Below, one piece after another: positions 48,251-57,835 of a stretch of 64,000 nt of DNA. The translations under genes were made by a program, and so were the position numbers. Position 1 is the stretch's first letter. Every line of letters starts with the position of its first letter. This stretch comes from an uncultured Candidatus Rokubacteria bacterium (GTDB taxonomy: Bacteria; Methylomirabilota; Methylomirabilia; Rokubacteriales; CSP1-6): assembly GCA_963747235.1 (NCBI GenBank), contig CAVVEU010000014.1, positions 96,001 to 160,000 of the forward strand. Direction: 5' to 3'. A model generated the notes under the pieces. It saw only the letters and a program-made list of their open reading frames with translations, did not search any database and was not told where the DNA came from.

Positions 48251-49803
48251 GCGTTGGTGCCCGATGGGCTGACCGGCTCGCGGCTGACGGCCAGGTCACG
48301 CACCTGCCCCCGAGGCACCAGGAAGGCGGACAGCAGCGCGGCCACCGCGATCAGCAGGCCGACCACGAACACCCCGCCGATCGCGTGGGCCAGCACCGGC
48401 CGCATCTGGCCCAGGAGGGCCTCCCCGAGCGTCGCCCGGGTGATCGGATTCACCGCGAGATCGGGATGGGCGGCCAGCCACCGCAGGGGCTCCTGGAGCT
48501 GGGCGGGCGCGGTCGCGACCAGGCCGTCGAGGGCGCGCTCGAGCCGGTGCGTCATCGCCGCCCCCATGACCGAGACGCCCACCGCGCCGCCCACCGTCCG
48601 GAAGAACCCGGTCAGCGAGGTGGCCGACCCCAGCAGGGACCGCGGCACCGAGTTCTGCACCGCGATCAGCATGGGCACGAAGACCAGCCCCATGCCGACG
48701 CCGGCGAGCGTGATGTCACGGGCCGCGGTCAGCCGCGTGAGCGACTCGTCCCAGCCCGCGAGCAGGACGAAGGCGAGCACGAGCGCGCTCATCCCCGCCA
48801 CGACGACCCGACGGTACCCCACGCGCATCACGAGCCGGGCGCCCACCACCGAGAAGACCACCCAGCCCAGCACGAACGGCGTCAGCACCCAGCCGGCCTG
48901 CGTCGCGGTGCTCCCGGTGACGGCCTGCAGGTAGAGCGGCACGTAGGTGATGGCGCCGAACATGGCCATCCCGGAGAGCAGGCCGGTGGCCGCGGCCGCC
49001 CGCAGCATGGGATTGCCGAAGAGACGGAGCGGAATCACCGGCTCGGCCACCCGGCGCTCCACGAGGACGAACACCACGAGCAGGACGGCCGAGAGCACGA
49101 GCAGCCCGACCCCGCCCGGCCGGCGGGCCTCGCCCGCTCCGATCTCGACCATGCCCACCAGCAGCGCCGAGATCGCGGCCGCGAACACGCCCATGCCGAG
49201 CAGGTCGAACGAGGCGCGGGGCCGGTCGCGGCGCTCGTCGCGCAGCCCGATCGCGATGGCCGCCGCGGCGAGCAGGCCGAACGGCAGGTTGATGTAGAAG
49301 ACCCAGCGCCAGGACACGCGATCGGTGAGGAGCCCGCCCACGAGCGGGCCGACCAGGGACGCCACGCCCCAGACGCTCGAGAAATAGCCCTGCATCTTCG
49401 CCCGCTTCTCCACCCCGTAGAGGTCGCCGACGATGGTCATGCCGATCGAGATCAGGGAGCCCGCGCCCAGTCCCTGCAGCGCGCGGAACGCGATGAGCTG
49501 CTCCATGCTGCGTGACAATCCCGCGAGCGCCGAGCCCAGGAGGAAGAGCGCGAGCCCGGCCAGGTAGGCGGGCCGTCGGCCCAGCTGGTCCGCGAGCCGG
49601 CCCCAGATCGGCATCGTCACGGTCGAGGTCAGGAGATAGGCGGAGAACGTCCATGAGTAGATCCGGATGCCGCCCAGGCTCGCGATCACGGTGGGCATCG
49701 CGGTGGCCACCACCGTCGATTCCATCGCGGCCAGGAACACGGCGGCCATCACGCCGCTCAGCACGAGCCGGCGGCGCGCCGCGGCGTCCAGCTCCCCGCC
49801 CAT
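48247..49803 (-). CDS. MDR-type MFS transporter (DHA2)
   Basis: STVVATAMPTV, GRLADQLGRR, WRWVFYINLP. Confidence 0.92.
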   Translation of the reverse strand: MGGELDAAARRRLVLSGVMAAVFLAAMESTVVATAMPTVIASLGGIRIYSWTFSAYLLTSTVTMPIWGRLADQLGRRPAYLAGLALFLLGSALAGLSRSMEQLIAFRALQGLGAGSLISIGMTIVGDLYGVEKRAKMQGYFSSVWGVASLVGPLVGGLLTDRVSWRWVFYINLPFGLLAAAAIAIGLRDERRDRPRASFDLLGMGVFAAAISALLVGMVEIGAGEARRPGGVGLLVLSAVLLVVFVLVERRVAEPVIPLRLFGNPMLRAAAATGLLSGMAMFGAITYVPLYLQAVTGSTATQAGWVLTPFVLGWVVFSVVGARLVMRVGYRRVVVAGMSALVLAFVLLAGWDESLTRLTAARDITLAGVGMGLVFVPMLIAVQNSVPRSLLGSATSLTGFFRTVGGAVGVSVMGAAMTHRLERALDGLVATAPAQLQEPLRWLAAHPDLAVNPITRATLGEALLGQMRPVLAHAIGGVFVVGLLIAVAALLSAFLVPRGQVRDLAVSREPVSPSGTNA

Positions 49804-50135
49804 CAGTGGCCCCCGGTGCAGCCCGCGCACCGGCAGAGCGCGCGGAGCGTGGAATACGGATAGAGGCTCTCGCGGCCGTCCAGCCACACCACCCGCAGCG
49901 TATCCGGGAGCTTCTTGATCTCCTTCGGCCACGTCATCTCCTGCGTGAGGGCGGCCGCCTGATCCGCCTCGCCGCCCGCGGGATCGTCCAGCCGGAGCCG
50001 GTCGAACGGATAGATGCTGCCGTGATCGTCCGCCCAGGTCACGCCCACCGCGTAGCGGCCGACCAGGTGCACGTCCTTCGGCTGGGCCGGATCGGGCTGG
50101 CCCACGATGGGGAGGAACTTCCCGAGCGGCGTCAC
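49803..50135 (-). CDS. DUF971 / GBBH-N-like protein (duplicated domain)
   Basis: VGRYAVGVTWADDHGSIYPF, W.DGRESLY...LRALCRCAGC. Confidence 0.7.
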   Translation of the reverse strand: MTPLGKFLPIVGQPDPAQPKDVHLVGRYAVGVTWADDHGSIYPFDRLRLDDPAGGEADQAAALTQEMTWPKEIKKLPDTLRVVWLDGRESLYPYSTLRALCRCAGCTGGH

Positions 50136-51055
50136 GCCCCACCTCCCGCGGCGGCCCGCGCCTCGAGCCGGCGACCGGCGAGCAGATAGTGGACGGCCAC
50201 GTTCTGATGGGCGCGCCACGTGGCGGCGCGGCGGCGGACCGCCGGCTCACTCATCGCGCGGCCTCGACCGTAGAAATGCTCGAAGGCGCGCCGCACCGCC
50301 AGGTCGCCGGCCGGACACACGTCGCCCCGGCCGAGACAGCGGGCCAGGAACCACTCGGCGCTCCAGCGCCCGAATCCACGCACCGCAGTCACTCGCTCGA
50401 TCACCTCGTCGTTGGGCAGGCCGGCCAGGGCGTCGAGGTCGAGCGCCCCCGAGGCCACCTGCCGAGCCAGTCCGACGACATACTCCGCTTTCATCGTGGT
50501 GAGCTGCATTCGCCGCAGGTCCGCCACCCGCGCGCCGGCCAGCACCGCCGGCTCCGGAAACGCATAGAGCGCCTGGCCGCCCGCGGCGATGGGCTCGCCG
50601 AAGCGCCGCACCAGCCGCGCCCGCACCGTGAAGGCGAAGCGCAGGTTGACCTGCTGCGCGCACACCGAGCCCACCAGCATCTCGAACGGTCCGGGCGACA
50701 GGGTCGGGCGGAGCCCGTAGAGCCGTGACGCGAGTCCGCTCAGGACCGCATCGCCGGCGGCCGCCGCATAGAAGGACGGCAGGTCCAGGTCCAGCCCGCA
50801 GATCCGCCGCACGTCGGCGACCGCCGCGTCCACCGCCCCCGCGCGCCGCACTCCGGGAACCGAGACGCAGAGCCGCGGAGCGTCGGGGCCGCCGTGAGAC
50901 CGCAGCTCGTATCCACGCCACCGCCCGTCCCACTTGACGGCCCGCCGGAATACACCGTCGGCGAAGCGGTTGGCCGGGTCTTCACCCCAGAGGTGGAACC
51001 GGGAGAGCGTCCCGGCCACGTCCAGGGGACCCGGGACGACGAAGCTTGCCTCCAT
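50132..51055 (-). CDS. alkA: DNA-3-methyladenine glycosylase II (AlkA family)
   Basis: QQVNL, HhH RGFGRWSAE, PAGDLAV. Confidence 0.85.
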   Translation of the reverse strand: MEASFVVPGPLDVAGTLSRFHLWGEDPANRFADGVFRRAVKWDGRWRGYELRSHGGPDAPRLCVSVPGVRRAGAVDAAVADVRRICGLDLDLPSFYAAAAGDAVLSGLASRLYGLRPTLSPGPFEMLVGSVCAQQVNLRFAFTVRARLVRRFGEPIAAGGQALYAFPEPAVLAGARVADLRRMQLTTMKAEYVVGLARQVASGALDLDALAGLPNDEVIERVTAVRGFGRWSAEWFLARCLGRGDVCPAGDLAVRRAFEHFYGRGRAMSEPAVRRRAATWRAHQNVAVHYLLAGRRLEARAAAGGGA

Positions 51056-51100
51056 GACGGCGCCTCAGTGTACCAGAGGCGCCCGGAGAGCGGAACGCGA

Positions 51101-51147
51101 CGCCCGGCTCAGTGTCGCCCGGCTCAGTGTCGCCCGGCTCAGTGTCG
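51101..51147. repeat. Three perfect 15-bp tandem copies of CGCCCGGCTCAGTGT spanning the GNAT stop codon
   Basis: Directly visible in the sequence. Confidence 0.9.
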
Positions 51148-52110
51148 GATGTCGAAGTAGATGGGCCCGGGGGGGAGCGGCCCCGCGCCGTTGAGGCGCT
51201 TGATGACGAAGTTGAACTCCAGGATCTCCGCGGCGTAGGGCTCGAGCACCGTCCGCATGGCGGGATCGTGCGGGAGCGGCATCAGGACATGGTCGAGGCC
51301 CGCCTCCCGGAGGGTGTTGGCGATACCCGAGAAGGCGCGGAAGCCCCCCGCCCCCTTGAGGGTCACGTCATAGGCCTTGACCGCCCGGACCACGTCGGGG
51401 TCCAGGCCGCGCCGGACCCGGTCGTCCCAGAGGGACACCCAGGCGCTGCCCCCGGGGCCGAACGCGGTCAGGCTCCCCATGTAGGCACCCTTGGGGTATG
51501 GCGTGAAGAGCTCGGAGACCAGGTACCGGGGCACGAAGTGGTGGAGCGAGACCTCCCCGAACCGCCACGCGGCATGGGCCGGGTCGCCGAGGGCATCCAC
51601 CTTCCGGATCCGTACCGCGGGGTCGGGCTCGAACCGGGCCAGGTCCAGGATCAGATAGTCGAAGCGGGCCGCGGTCTCCCAGCCCAGCGCCCCGACCATC
51701 TTCATTGACGCGGTGTTGGAGACGCCGATCAGGCCCGTGACATACCGGCAGCCCTGGCGCTCGAGCCACTCGGCTCCCGCCTTCATGAGCCGGGTGCCCA
51801 GGCCCCGGGCCTGGTGGCCCGGCGCGACGCGGGTATTGAACGAGTAGCCGGCCGCGCAGGGCTGACCGGCCACGCGGACGGGGGTCAGGGCCAGGCACTG
51901 CACGCCGACCACCTGGCGCTCCACCTCGGCCACCAGGACGTGGGTACGGTCGTAGGCGGCCATGCGGGAGAAGAAGTTCCGGCGGGCCTGGAGCATCCTG
52001 GCGCGCGAGTCCGGGGCGGCGCCCTCGAGGGCCTGCAGCGCGTCATGATCGGCTGCGGTCGCGGTCCGGATCGTGACGAGGGGCGCCTGCAGGGCCGGGA
52101 ACGAGGTCAT
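51139..52110 (-). CDS. GNAT family acetyltransferase
   Basis: RVAPGHQARGLGTRL motif A, NTASMKM. Confidence 0.82.
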   Translation of the reverse strand: MTSFPALQAPLVTIRTATAADHDALQALEGAAPDSRARMLQARRNFFSRMAAYDRTHVLVAEVERQVVGVQCLALTPVRVAGQPCAAGYSFNTRVAPGHQARGLGTRLMKAGAEWLERQGCRYVTGLIGVSNTASMKMVGALGWETAARFDYLILDLARFEPDPAVRIRKVDALGDPAHAAWRFGEVSLHHFVPRYLVSELFTPYPKGAYMGSLTAFGPGGSAWVSLWDDRVRRGLDPDVVRAVKAYDVTLKGAGGFRAFSGIANTLREAGLDHVLMPLPHDPAMRTVLEPYAAEILEFNFVIKRLNGAGPLPPGPIYFDIRH

Positions 52111-52202
52111 GTCGGCCCAAGAATACTCATCTGAATTCCTTCAGCAAGCCCGACCAAGGCCCCACGCCAAAGGGGTACCCGCGGACATCCGACGCCTTAT
52201 GT

Positions 52203-52288
52203 CCGTCTACTTCTTCAAGCTCTCCATATGCGGGGGCCCAGACATGGCCCCCGCACTCCCCCAGGCCGCGGACAGTCGCGGACATCCG
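52203..52288 (+). repeat. Palindromic repeat, copy 3, intergenic
   Basis: CCGTCTACTTCTTCAAGCTCTCCATATGCGGGGGCCCAGACATGGCCCCCGCACTCCCCCAGGCCGCGGAC. Confidence 0.88.
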
Positions 52289-52291
52289 GCA

Positions 52292-54115
52292 CTACCGGCG
52301 CAGGTGATAGGGCACGTCGGTCACGACCACGTTTCTCCGGAACAGGAGCGCGCCCTTGATGACCAGCGCGGTCTGGTTGTGGAGGAGCTGCTGCCACCAC
52401 TTGGCCGGGATGAACTCGGGGATGACGATGGTCACCATGTGGTTCTCGCCGAGCGCGAGGAGATGGTCCACGTACTCGAGCAGCGGCGACAGCAGCAGCC
52501 GATAGGGTGAGGTCAGCACCACGAGCGGCACGCCGAAGCCCCACTTGCCCCACTTCTCCTCGAGCCGCCGCGTCTTCTCCGGATCCATCTCCACGTAGAC
52601 CGCCTTGGCCGACGGCGAGAGCGTGCGCGCGTACTGCAGCGCCTGCACGACCCCCTTGTGCAGGTCGCCCACCAGGACGAGCACGGTGTGCTGCATGGGA
52701 GGCGGGCCCGCGTAGCCGTCGAGCGAGAGCTGACCGGCGACCTCGCGATAGTGGCGGTTGATGCTCACGAAGCCCGCGATGAGGGCGCCCGCGATCACCA
52801 CCACGATCCACGCGCCGTCCGCGAACTTGGCGAGCGCGGTGACCACCATCACCAGCCCGGTGGTGGTGGCGCCCAGCCCGCTGATCAGCGCCTTCGGCCG
52901 CCATCCCACGGGCCGGCGCGTGAGCCAGCGGCGCACCATGCCCACCTGCGACAGCGTGAACGACGTGAAGACGCCGAGGGCGTAGAGCGGGATCAGGGAA
53001 TGCGTGCTCCCGTCGAAGAGCGCGATCAGGGCGGACGCGGCGACCGCCAGGATGATGACGCCGTTCGAGAACACGAGCCGGTCGCCCCGGCTCGCGAACT
53101 GCCGGGGCAGGAACCCGTCGCGCGCCATGAACGACGCGAGCCGGGGGAAGTCGGCGAACGCGGTGTTGGCGGCCAGCGCCAGGATCACCATCGAGACGCC
53201 CTGGATGAAGTAGTAGAGCAGGCCGCCCCCGAAGACCTCGCGGGCGAGCTGGGAGACCACCGTCTCCTGGTCGTGCGGCACGATCTGGTAGCTGGCCGCC
53301 AGCACCGTGATGCCGAGGAACAGGGTGATCATGATCAGTCCGAGGATCGCGAGCACGGCCTGGGCGTTCTTCACCTCCGGCGGCCGGAACGCGGGGGTGC
53401 CGTCCGAGACCGCCTCGATCCCGGTGAGGGCGACCGCGCCGGAGGCGAAGGCGCGCAGGAGCAGGAACACCCCGAGCTCGGCGAGGGGCGGCGGCGGGGG
53501 CGCGACCGACTCGACCGGAGGGCGGCCCCAGATCGCGAGCGCCGCGAACCCGTAGATCATGAGCAGGGCGTACCCGGCGATGAACAGATAGCTCCACACC
53601 GCGAACACCCGCCCGGACTCGCGGAGGCCCCGCAGGTTCGCCACCGCGACGAGCACCACGAGGCCGACGCCGAGCAGGACGCGGTACGGATAGAGCACGG
53701 GAAAGGCGGAGGTGAGCGCGGCGACTCCCGCGGAGACGCTGACCGCCACCGTCAGGGTGTAGTCGATGAGGAGGGCGGCGCCCGCGGTCAGGCCCGGGAA
53801 CACTCCCAGGTTGTCCTTGGCCACGATGTAGTCGCTGGCGCCCTGCGGGTAGGCCGCGATGTTCTGACGGTACGACAGGATCACGATGCCGATCACCGCG
53901 CCGATGCAGACCCCGATGGGCACCGAGAACGCGAGCGCGCCCACGCCCGCGAGGAGGAGCACACGAAGAATCTCCTCGGTGGCGTACGCGACCGAGGAGA
54001 GGTTGTCGGAGGCGAAGACGGCGAGGCCGGTGACGGGGCCGAGCCGCTCGTGGTGGGCCTGGGCCGTGGCGATCGGCGTGCCCACGAACCATCGTTTGAG
54101 CTTGGAGAGATTCAC
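52292..54115 (-). CDS. APC family permease, KimA/YdaO-like, paralog 2
   Basis: ASDNLSSVAYATEEIL, TGIEAVSDG, C-terminal IPEFIPAKWWQQLLHNQ. Confidence 0.9.
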   Translation of the reverse strand: MNLSKLKRWFVGTPIATAQAHHERLGPVTGLAVFASDNLSSVAYATEEILRVLLLAGVGALAFSVPIGVCIGAVIGIVILSYRQNIAAYPQGASDYIVAKDNLGVFPGLTAGAALLIDYTLTVAVSVSAGVAALTSAFPVLYPYRVLLGVGLVVLVAVANLRGLRESGRVFAVWSYLFIAGYALLMIYGFAALAIWGRPPVESVAPPPPPLAELGVFLLLRAFASGAVALTGIEAVSDGTPAFRPPEVKNAQAVLAILGLIMITLFLGITVLAASYQIVPHDQETVVSQLAREVFGGGLLYYFIQGVSMVILALAANTAFADFPRLASFMARDGFLPRQFASRGDRLVFSNGVIILAVAASALIALFDGSTHSLIPLYALGVFTSFTLSQVGMVRRWLTRRPVGWRPKALISGLGATTTGLVMVVTALAKFADGAWIVVVIAGALIAGFVSINRHYREVAGQLSLDGYAGPPPMQHTVLVLVGDLHKGVVQALQYARTLSPSAKAVYVEMDPEKTRRLEEKWGKWGFGVPLVVLTSPYRLLLSPLLEYVDHLLALGENHMVTIVIPEFIPAKWWQQLLHNQTALVIKGALLFRRNVVVTDVPYHLRR

Positions 54116-55929
54116 CGGAGATGGAAGGGGACGTCGACGACCACGACGCCCTTGCGGAACAGCAGCGCTCCCTTGATGAGCAGGGCGGTCTGGTTGTGGA
54201 GGAGGTGCTGCCACCAGCGGGCCGGCACGAACTCGGGGATCACGATCGTGACCACCTGGCGCTCGCTCAGCGCGAGGAGGTGGTTGACGTAGTCGAGGAA
54301 CGGGGTGAGCAGCGACCGGTAGGGCGACGTCAGCACCACCAGGGGGATGCCGAGCCCCCACTTGCCCCACTTCTCCTCGAGCTTCTGGGTCCGCTCCGGA
54401 TCCATCTCCACGTAGACCGCCTTCACCGACGCGGAGAGAGTCTGCGCGTAGCGCAGCGCGGACGCCACGCCGCGGTGCAGGTCCCCCACCAGCACGAGCA
54501 CGGTGTGGTCGATCGGGGGCGGCCCGCCGTAGTCGTCGAGCGAGAGCTGGCCCGCCACGTCCGCGTAGTGGCGGTGGATCATCATGAAGAGCGCCACCAG
54601 CATGGGGATCAACAGCACGACCATCCAGGCCCCGTGGCTGAACTTGGTGACCGCGATCACCAGCATCACGAGCCCGGTGGTGGCCGCCCCCACCGCGTTG
54701 AGGACCCAGCGCCACCGCCAGCCCGGCTCGCGCCGCGTGAGCCAGCGCCGCACCATGCTCGCCTGCGAGAGCGTGAAGGAGAGGAACACACCGACCGCGT
54801 AGAGCGGGATGAGGGCGTGGGTGGCCCCGCCGAACAGCGCGATGAGGAGCGCGGCGAGGCCGCCCAGGATCAGGATCCCGTTCGAGAAGACGAGCCGATC
54901 CCCGCGGGTCGCGAACTGGCGGGGGATGAAGCCGTCGCGGGCCAGGAAGTAGGCCAGCCGCGGGAAGTCGGCGAAGGCGGTGTTGGCCGCGAAGACCAGG
55001 ATGAACATGGTGACGACCTGGATCTCGTAGTACAGGAGCCCGTCCCCGAAGATGAGACGGGCGAGCTGCGAGATCACCGTCTCCTCCGCCCGCGGCACCA
55101 CGTGAAGGTGGCGGGCCAGGAACGTGATGCCGACGAACAGGGTGATCAGGATGATGCCGAGCCACGCGAGGACGGCGCGGGCGTTGCGCGCCTCCGGGGG
55201 CCGGAAGGCGGGCACCCCGTCGGACACCGCCTCCACGCCGGTGAGGGCCGCGCAGCCGGAGGAGAAGGCGCGCAGCACCAGGAAGAGCGACAGGTCCTGG
55301 GTCGTCGCGAGATCGCCGGCCGGCGGCGGCGGCGTCTCCCATCCCGCGACCCAGCGGACGAACCCGTAGGCGAGCATGCCCGCGAAGCTCACCACGAAGA
55401 GGTAGGTGGGGACCGCGAAGAGATTGCTCGACTCCCGCAGGCCGCGCAGGTTCATGGTCGCGATGCCCGCGATGAAGAGCACGCCGAGCGGGATGCGATA
55501 GTCGTACAGCGCGGGGAACGCGGAGGTGATCGCGGCCACGCCCGCGGCCACGCTCACCGCCACCGTCAGCACGTAGTCGATGAGCAGCGCCGCTCCGGAG
55601 ACGAGCCCGGGCACCTGGCCCAGGTTGTCCTTGGTGACGATGTAGGAGCCGCCGCCCAGGGGATAGGCCAGGATGGTCTGCCGGTACGAGCTCACCACCA
55701 CCGCGATGAGCACCGCGATCGCGAGGCCGATCGGAATCGAGTAGACGAGCGCGGCGGTGCCCGCGATCACCAGGACGAGCAGGATCTCCTCGGTGGCGTA
55801 GGCGACGGAGGAGAGCGCGTCGGACGAGAACACCGCGAGCGCGGACGTCTTCGAGAGCCGCTCGTGCCGGGCCTGCGCCGTGGCGAGCGGTGATCCCACG
55901 AACAGCCTCTTCACGGCGCTGATCTTCAT
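54112..55929 (-). CDS. APC family permease, KimA/YdaO-like, paralog 1
   Basis: SSDALSSVAYATEEIL, TGVEAVSDG, IPEFVPARWWQHLLHNQ. Confidence 0.92.
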   Translation of the reverse strand: MKISAVKRLFVGSPLATAQARHERLSKTSALAVFSSDALSSVAYATEEILLVLVIAGTAALVYSIPIGLAIAVLIAVVVSSYRQTILAYPLGGGSYIVTKDNLGQVPGLVSGAALLIDYVLTVAVSVAAGVAAITSAFPALYDYRIPLGVLFIAGIATMNLRGLRESSNLFAVPTYLFVVSFAGMLAYGFVRWVAGWETPPPPAGDLATTQDLSLFLVLRAFSSGCAALTGVEAVSDGVPAFRPPEARNARAVLAWLGIILITLFVGITFLARHLHVVPRAEETVISQLARLIFGDGLLYYEIQVVTMFILVFAANTAFADFPRLAYFLARDGFIPRQFATRGDRLVFSNGILILGGLAALLIALFGGATHALIPLYAVGVFLSFTLSQASMVRRWLTRREPGWRWRWVLNAVGAATTGLVMLVIAVTKFSHGAWMVVLLIPMLVALFMMIHRHYADVAGQLSLDDYGGPPPIDHTVLVLVGDLHRGVASALRYAQTLSASVKAVYVEMDPERTQKLEEKWGKWGLGIPLVVLTSPYRSLLTPFLDYVNHLLALSERQVVTIVIPEFVPARWWQHLLHNQTALLIKGALLFRKGVVVVDVPFHLR

Positions 55930-56003
55930 CGTCCCTGAGGCACCTACGCTAGAGGCGGGGGCGCCCGGGTGTCAAGCATTCGCGTCTCCCGAGACGGCCC
56001 GCG

Positions 56004-56204
56004 TCACGCCGACTTCGGTCCGTCCGGCCCCGGGCCGCTGCCCGGCTTCGGCTCGGGGGGCGCGTCCGGCGTCTCCACGCCGCGCTTGAACTCGCGGATC
56101 GCCTGCCCCAGCGAGCGGCCGAGCTCCGGGATCTTCGCACCACCGAACAGCACCAGCGCGATCAGCAGGATCAGCATCAGCTCCTGAGCACCCAGACCGA
56201 ACAT
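56004..56204 (-). CDS. tatA: Twin-arginine translocase TatA/E
   Basis: MFGLGAQEL...LFGGAKIPELGRSLGQAIREFK. Confidence 0.94.
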   Translation of the reverse strand: MFGLGAQELMLILLIALVLFGGAKIPELGRSLGQAIREFKRGVETPDAPPEPKPGSGPGPDGPKSA

Positions 56205-56282
56205 GCGCATCCTCCTCGACGGTAGGATCTCGACCACGATGCGGGCGGAGACACCGCCCGGGAACGGCGCGTGGAGAGGAGA

Positions 56283-56576
56283 CTAGGCGAGAGGTGGAGC
56301 GCGGAAGCGGACGCGGGCGGGCGCGACACCGCGCGGGCCCGCGGGCGGGCCCGGCGCGACCATCGCGAGCGCGGCCAGGAGCGGGATCACCCCGCCCGCC
56401 GCCGCGGCCAGCGCGGGCAGCCGCTCGGAGAGCGGGAGCGGTCCCGCGTCGCCGTCGTCGCCGTCGAAGTAGCTCGGGGCCCACGCGACGTCGGCGGTCT
56501 CGAGGGTCACCGTCGCGGCGAGCGCCAGGTGCAGCAGCGCCAGCCCCAGCACCACGAGCGTCCGTCGCTCCCACAT
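56283..56576 (-). CDS. Putative leader/arrest peptide: hydrophobic N-terminus, acidic YFDGDDGD, C-terminal RAPP
   Basis: MWERRTLVVLGLALLHLALAA...RVRFRAPPLA*; promoter TTGACA-17-TAGGCT ends 7 nt before the ATG. Confidence 0.7.
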   Translation of the reverse strand: MWERRTLVVLGLALLHLALAATVTLETADVAWAPSYFDGDDGDAGPLPLSERLPALAAAAGGVIPLLAALAMVAPGPPAGPRGVAPARVRFRAPPLA

Positions 56577-56662
56577 GCCGCCGAGCCTACGGCCGTGGTG
56601 CCCGCGTGTCAAATTCGGCCCCGATCCGTCTCGACGGGTGCGATGCTGAAGGCCGAAGCCTC

Positions 56663-57145
56663 ATGAACATCCTGGTCCCCGACATCACCATCGTCGAGAA
56701 GGTGCTGCGCGCGGGGGTGGTGTACGCGTTCCTGCTCGTGGCCTTCCGTCTCTGCGGCAAGCGGCAGCTCGGCCAGCTCAGCGCCTTCGATCTCGTCGTC
56801 CTGCTCCTGATCAGCAACGTGCTGCAGAACGCGATGATCGGGGACGACAACTCGCTCACCGGCGGGATCATCGGCGCGGTGACCATCCTCGTCCTGAACT
56901 CGGTGGTGGCCTATCTGACCTTCCGCTTCAAGCGGGTCGACCGCGTGGTGGAGCACTCCCCCACCGTGCTCGTCCGCCACGGCCGCATCATCCGCGACAA
57001 CCTGCGGCGGGAGCGGCTCGGTCCCCGCGATCTGCGCGCGGCCCTGCGTCACCACGGGGTCGTCTCGCTGCGGGACATCCGGTACGCCTTCCTGGAGGAG
57101 GACGGCCACGTGAGCGTCGTCACCCGCCGGCCCGCCGGCGAGTGA
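56663..57145 (+). CDS. DUF421 (YetF-like) membrane protein
   Basis: GKRQLGQLSAFDLV, LEEDGHVSV. Confidence 0.9.
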   Translation: MNILVPDITIVEKVLRAGVVYAFLLVAFRLCGKRQLGQLSAFDLVVLLLISNVLQNAMIGDDNSLTGGIIGAVTILVLNSVVAYLTFRFKRVDRVVEHSPTVLVRHGRIIRDNLRRERLGPRDLRAALRHHGVVSLRDIRYAFLEEDGHVSVVTRRPAGE

Positions 57146-57167
57146 GTCCCCGCGTCGGCGAGGGTTC

Positions 57168-57785
57168 GTGAGCGATCTCCACGAGTTCGTCGGGCACTGG
57201 GGTTACCTCGCCATCTTCGTGGTCGTGGTGCTGGGCAACGTGGGCCTCCCGGTGCCGGAGGAGACCATCCTGGCCCTCGCCGGCTACCTGGTCTGGCGTG
57301 GCAAGCTCCGCCTCTCCCTGGTGCTCGCGGTCGGCATCGTGAGCGCGGTGGTGGGCGACAACATCGGCTACTGGCTCGGGCGTCGCTACGGGCAGACCGC
57401 GATGCCGCGTTACGCGCGCTGGGTGCTCGGCCACCCCGAGCGCCTCGAGACCATGAAGGCGTTCGTGGGCCGCCGCGGGCCGCTGGCGGTGTTCGTCGCC
57501 CGGTTCGTCCCCGGCGTCCGCTTCACCGCGGGGCCGCTCGCGGGGGCTCTCGGGATGCGGTTCGCGGCGTTCCTCATCGCCAACGTGGCGGGCGCCCTCG
57601 TCTACGTGCCGGTGGTGGTGGGCGCCGGCTACGCGGTGGGCTACGGCTTCGGGGACTACGTGGAGCGCCTGCGCTACGTGGTGGGGGAAGTGGAGCGGAT
57701 CGTGCTGATCGTCGTGCTGGTCGGCATTCTCGCCCTCGTGGCGGTGCGCATCGTGCAGGCGATGCGCCGGCGCGACGCGGTCTGA
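57168..57785 (+). CDS. DedA family protein
   Basis: GLPVPEE, GDNIGYWLGR, ARFVPGVR. Confidence 0.92.
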   Translation: MSDLHEFVGHWGYLAIFVVVVLGNVGLPVPEETILALAGYLVWRGKLRLSLVLAVGIVSAVVGDNIGYWLGRRYGQTAMPRYARWVLGHPERLETMKAFVGRRGPLAVFVARFVPGVRFTAGPLAGALGMRFAAFLIANVAGALVYVPVVVGAGYAVGYGFGDYVERLRYVVGEVERIVLIVVLVGILALVAVRIVQAMRRRDAV

Positions 57786-57835
57786 ATCGCCGCGGCGACC
57801 GGACGCGCGGCGCGCCCGATCGCCGCGGCCCCGGC

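Noticed and set aside
55930-56003. c-di-AMP (ydaO) riboswitch upstream of the KimA-like genes
   Set aside because: The spacer is only ~74 nt, contains the promoter and lacks the riboswitch consensus.
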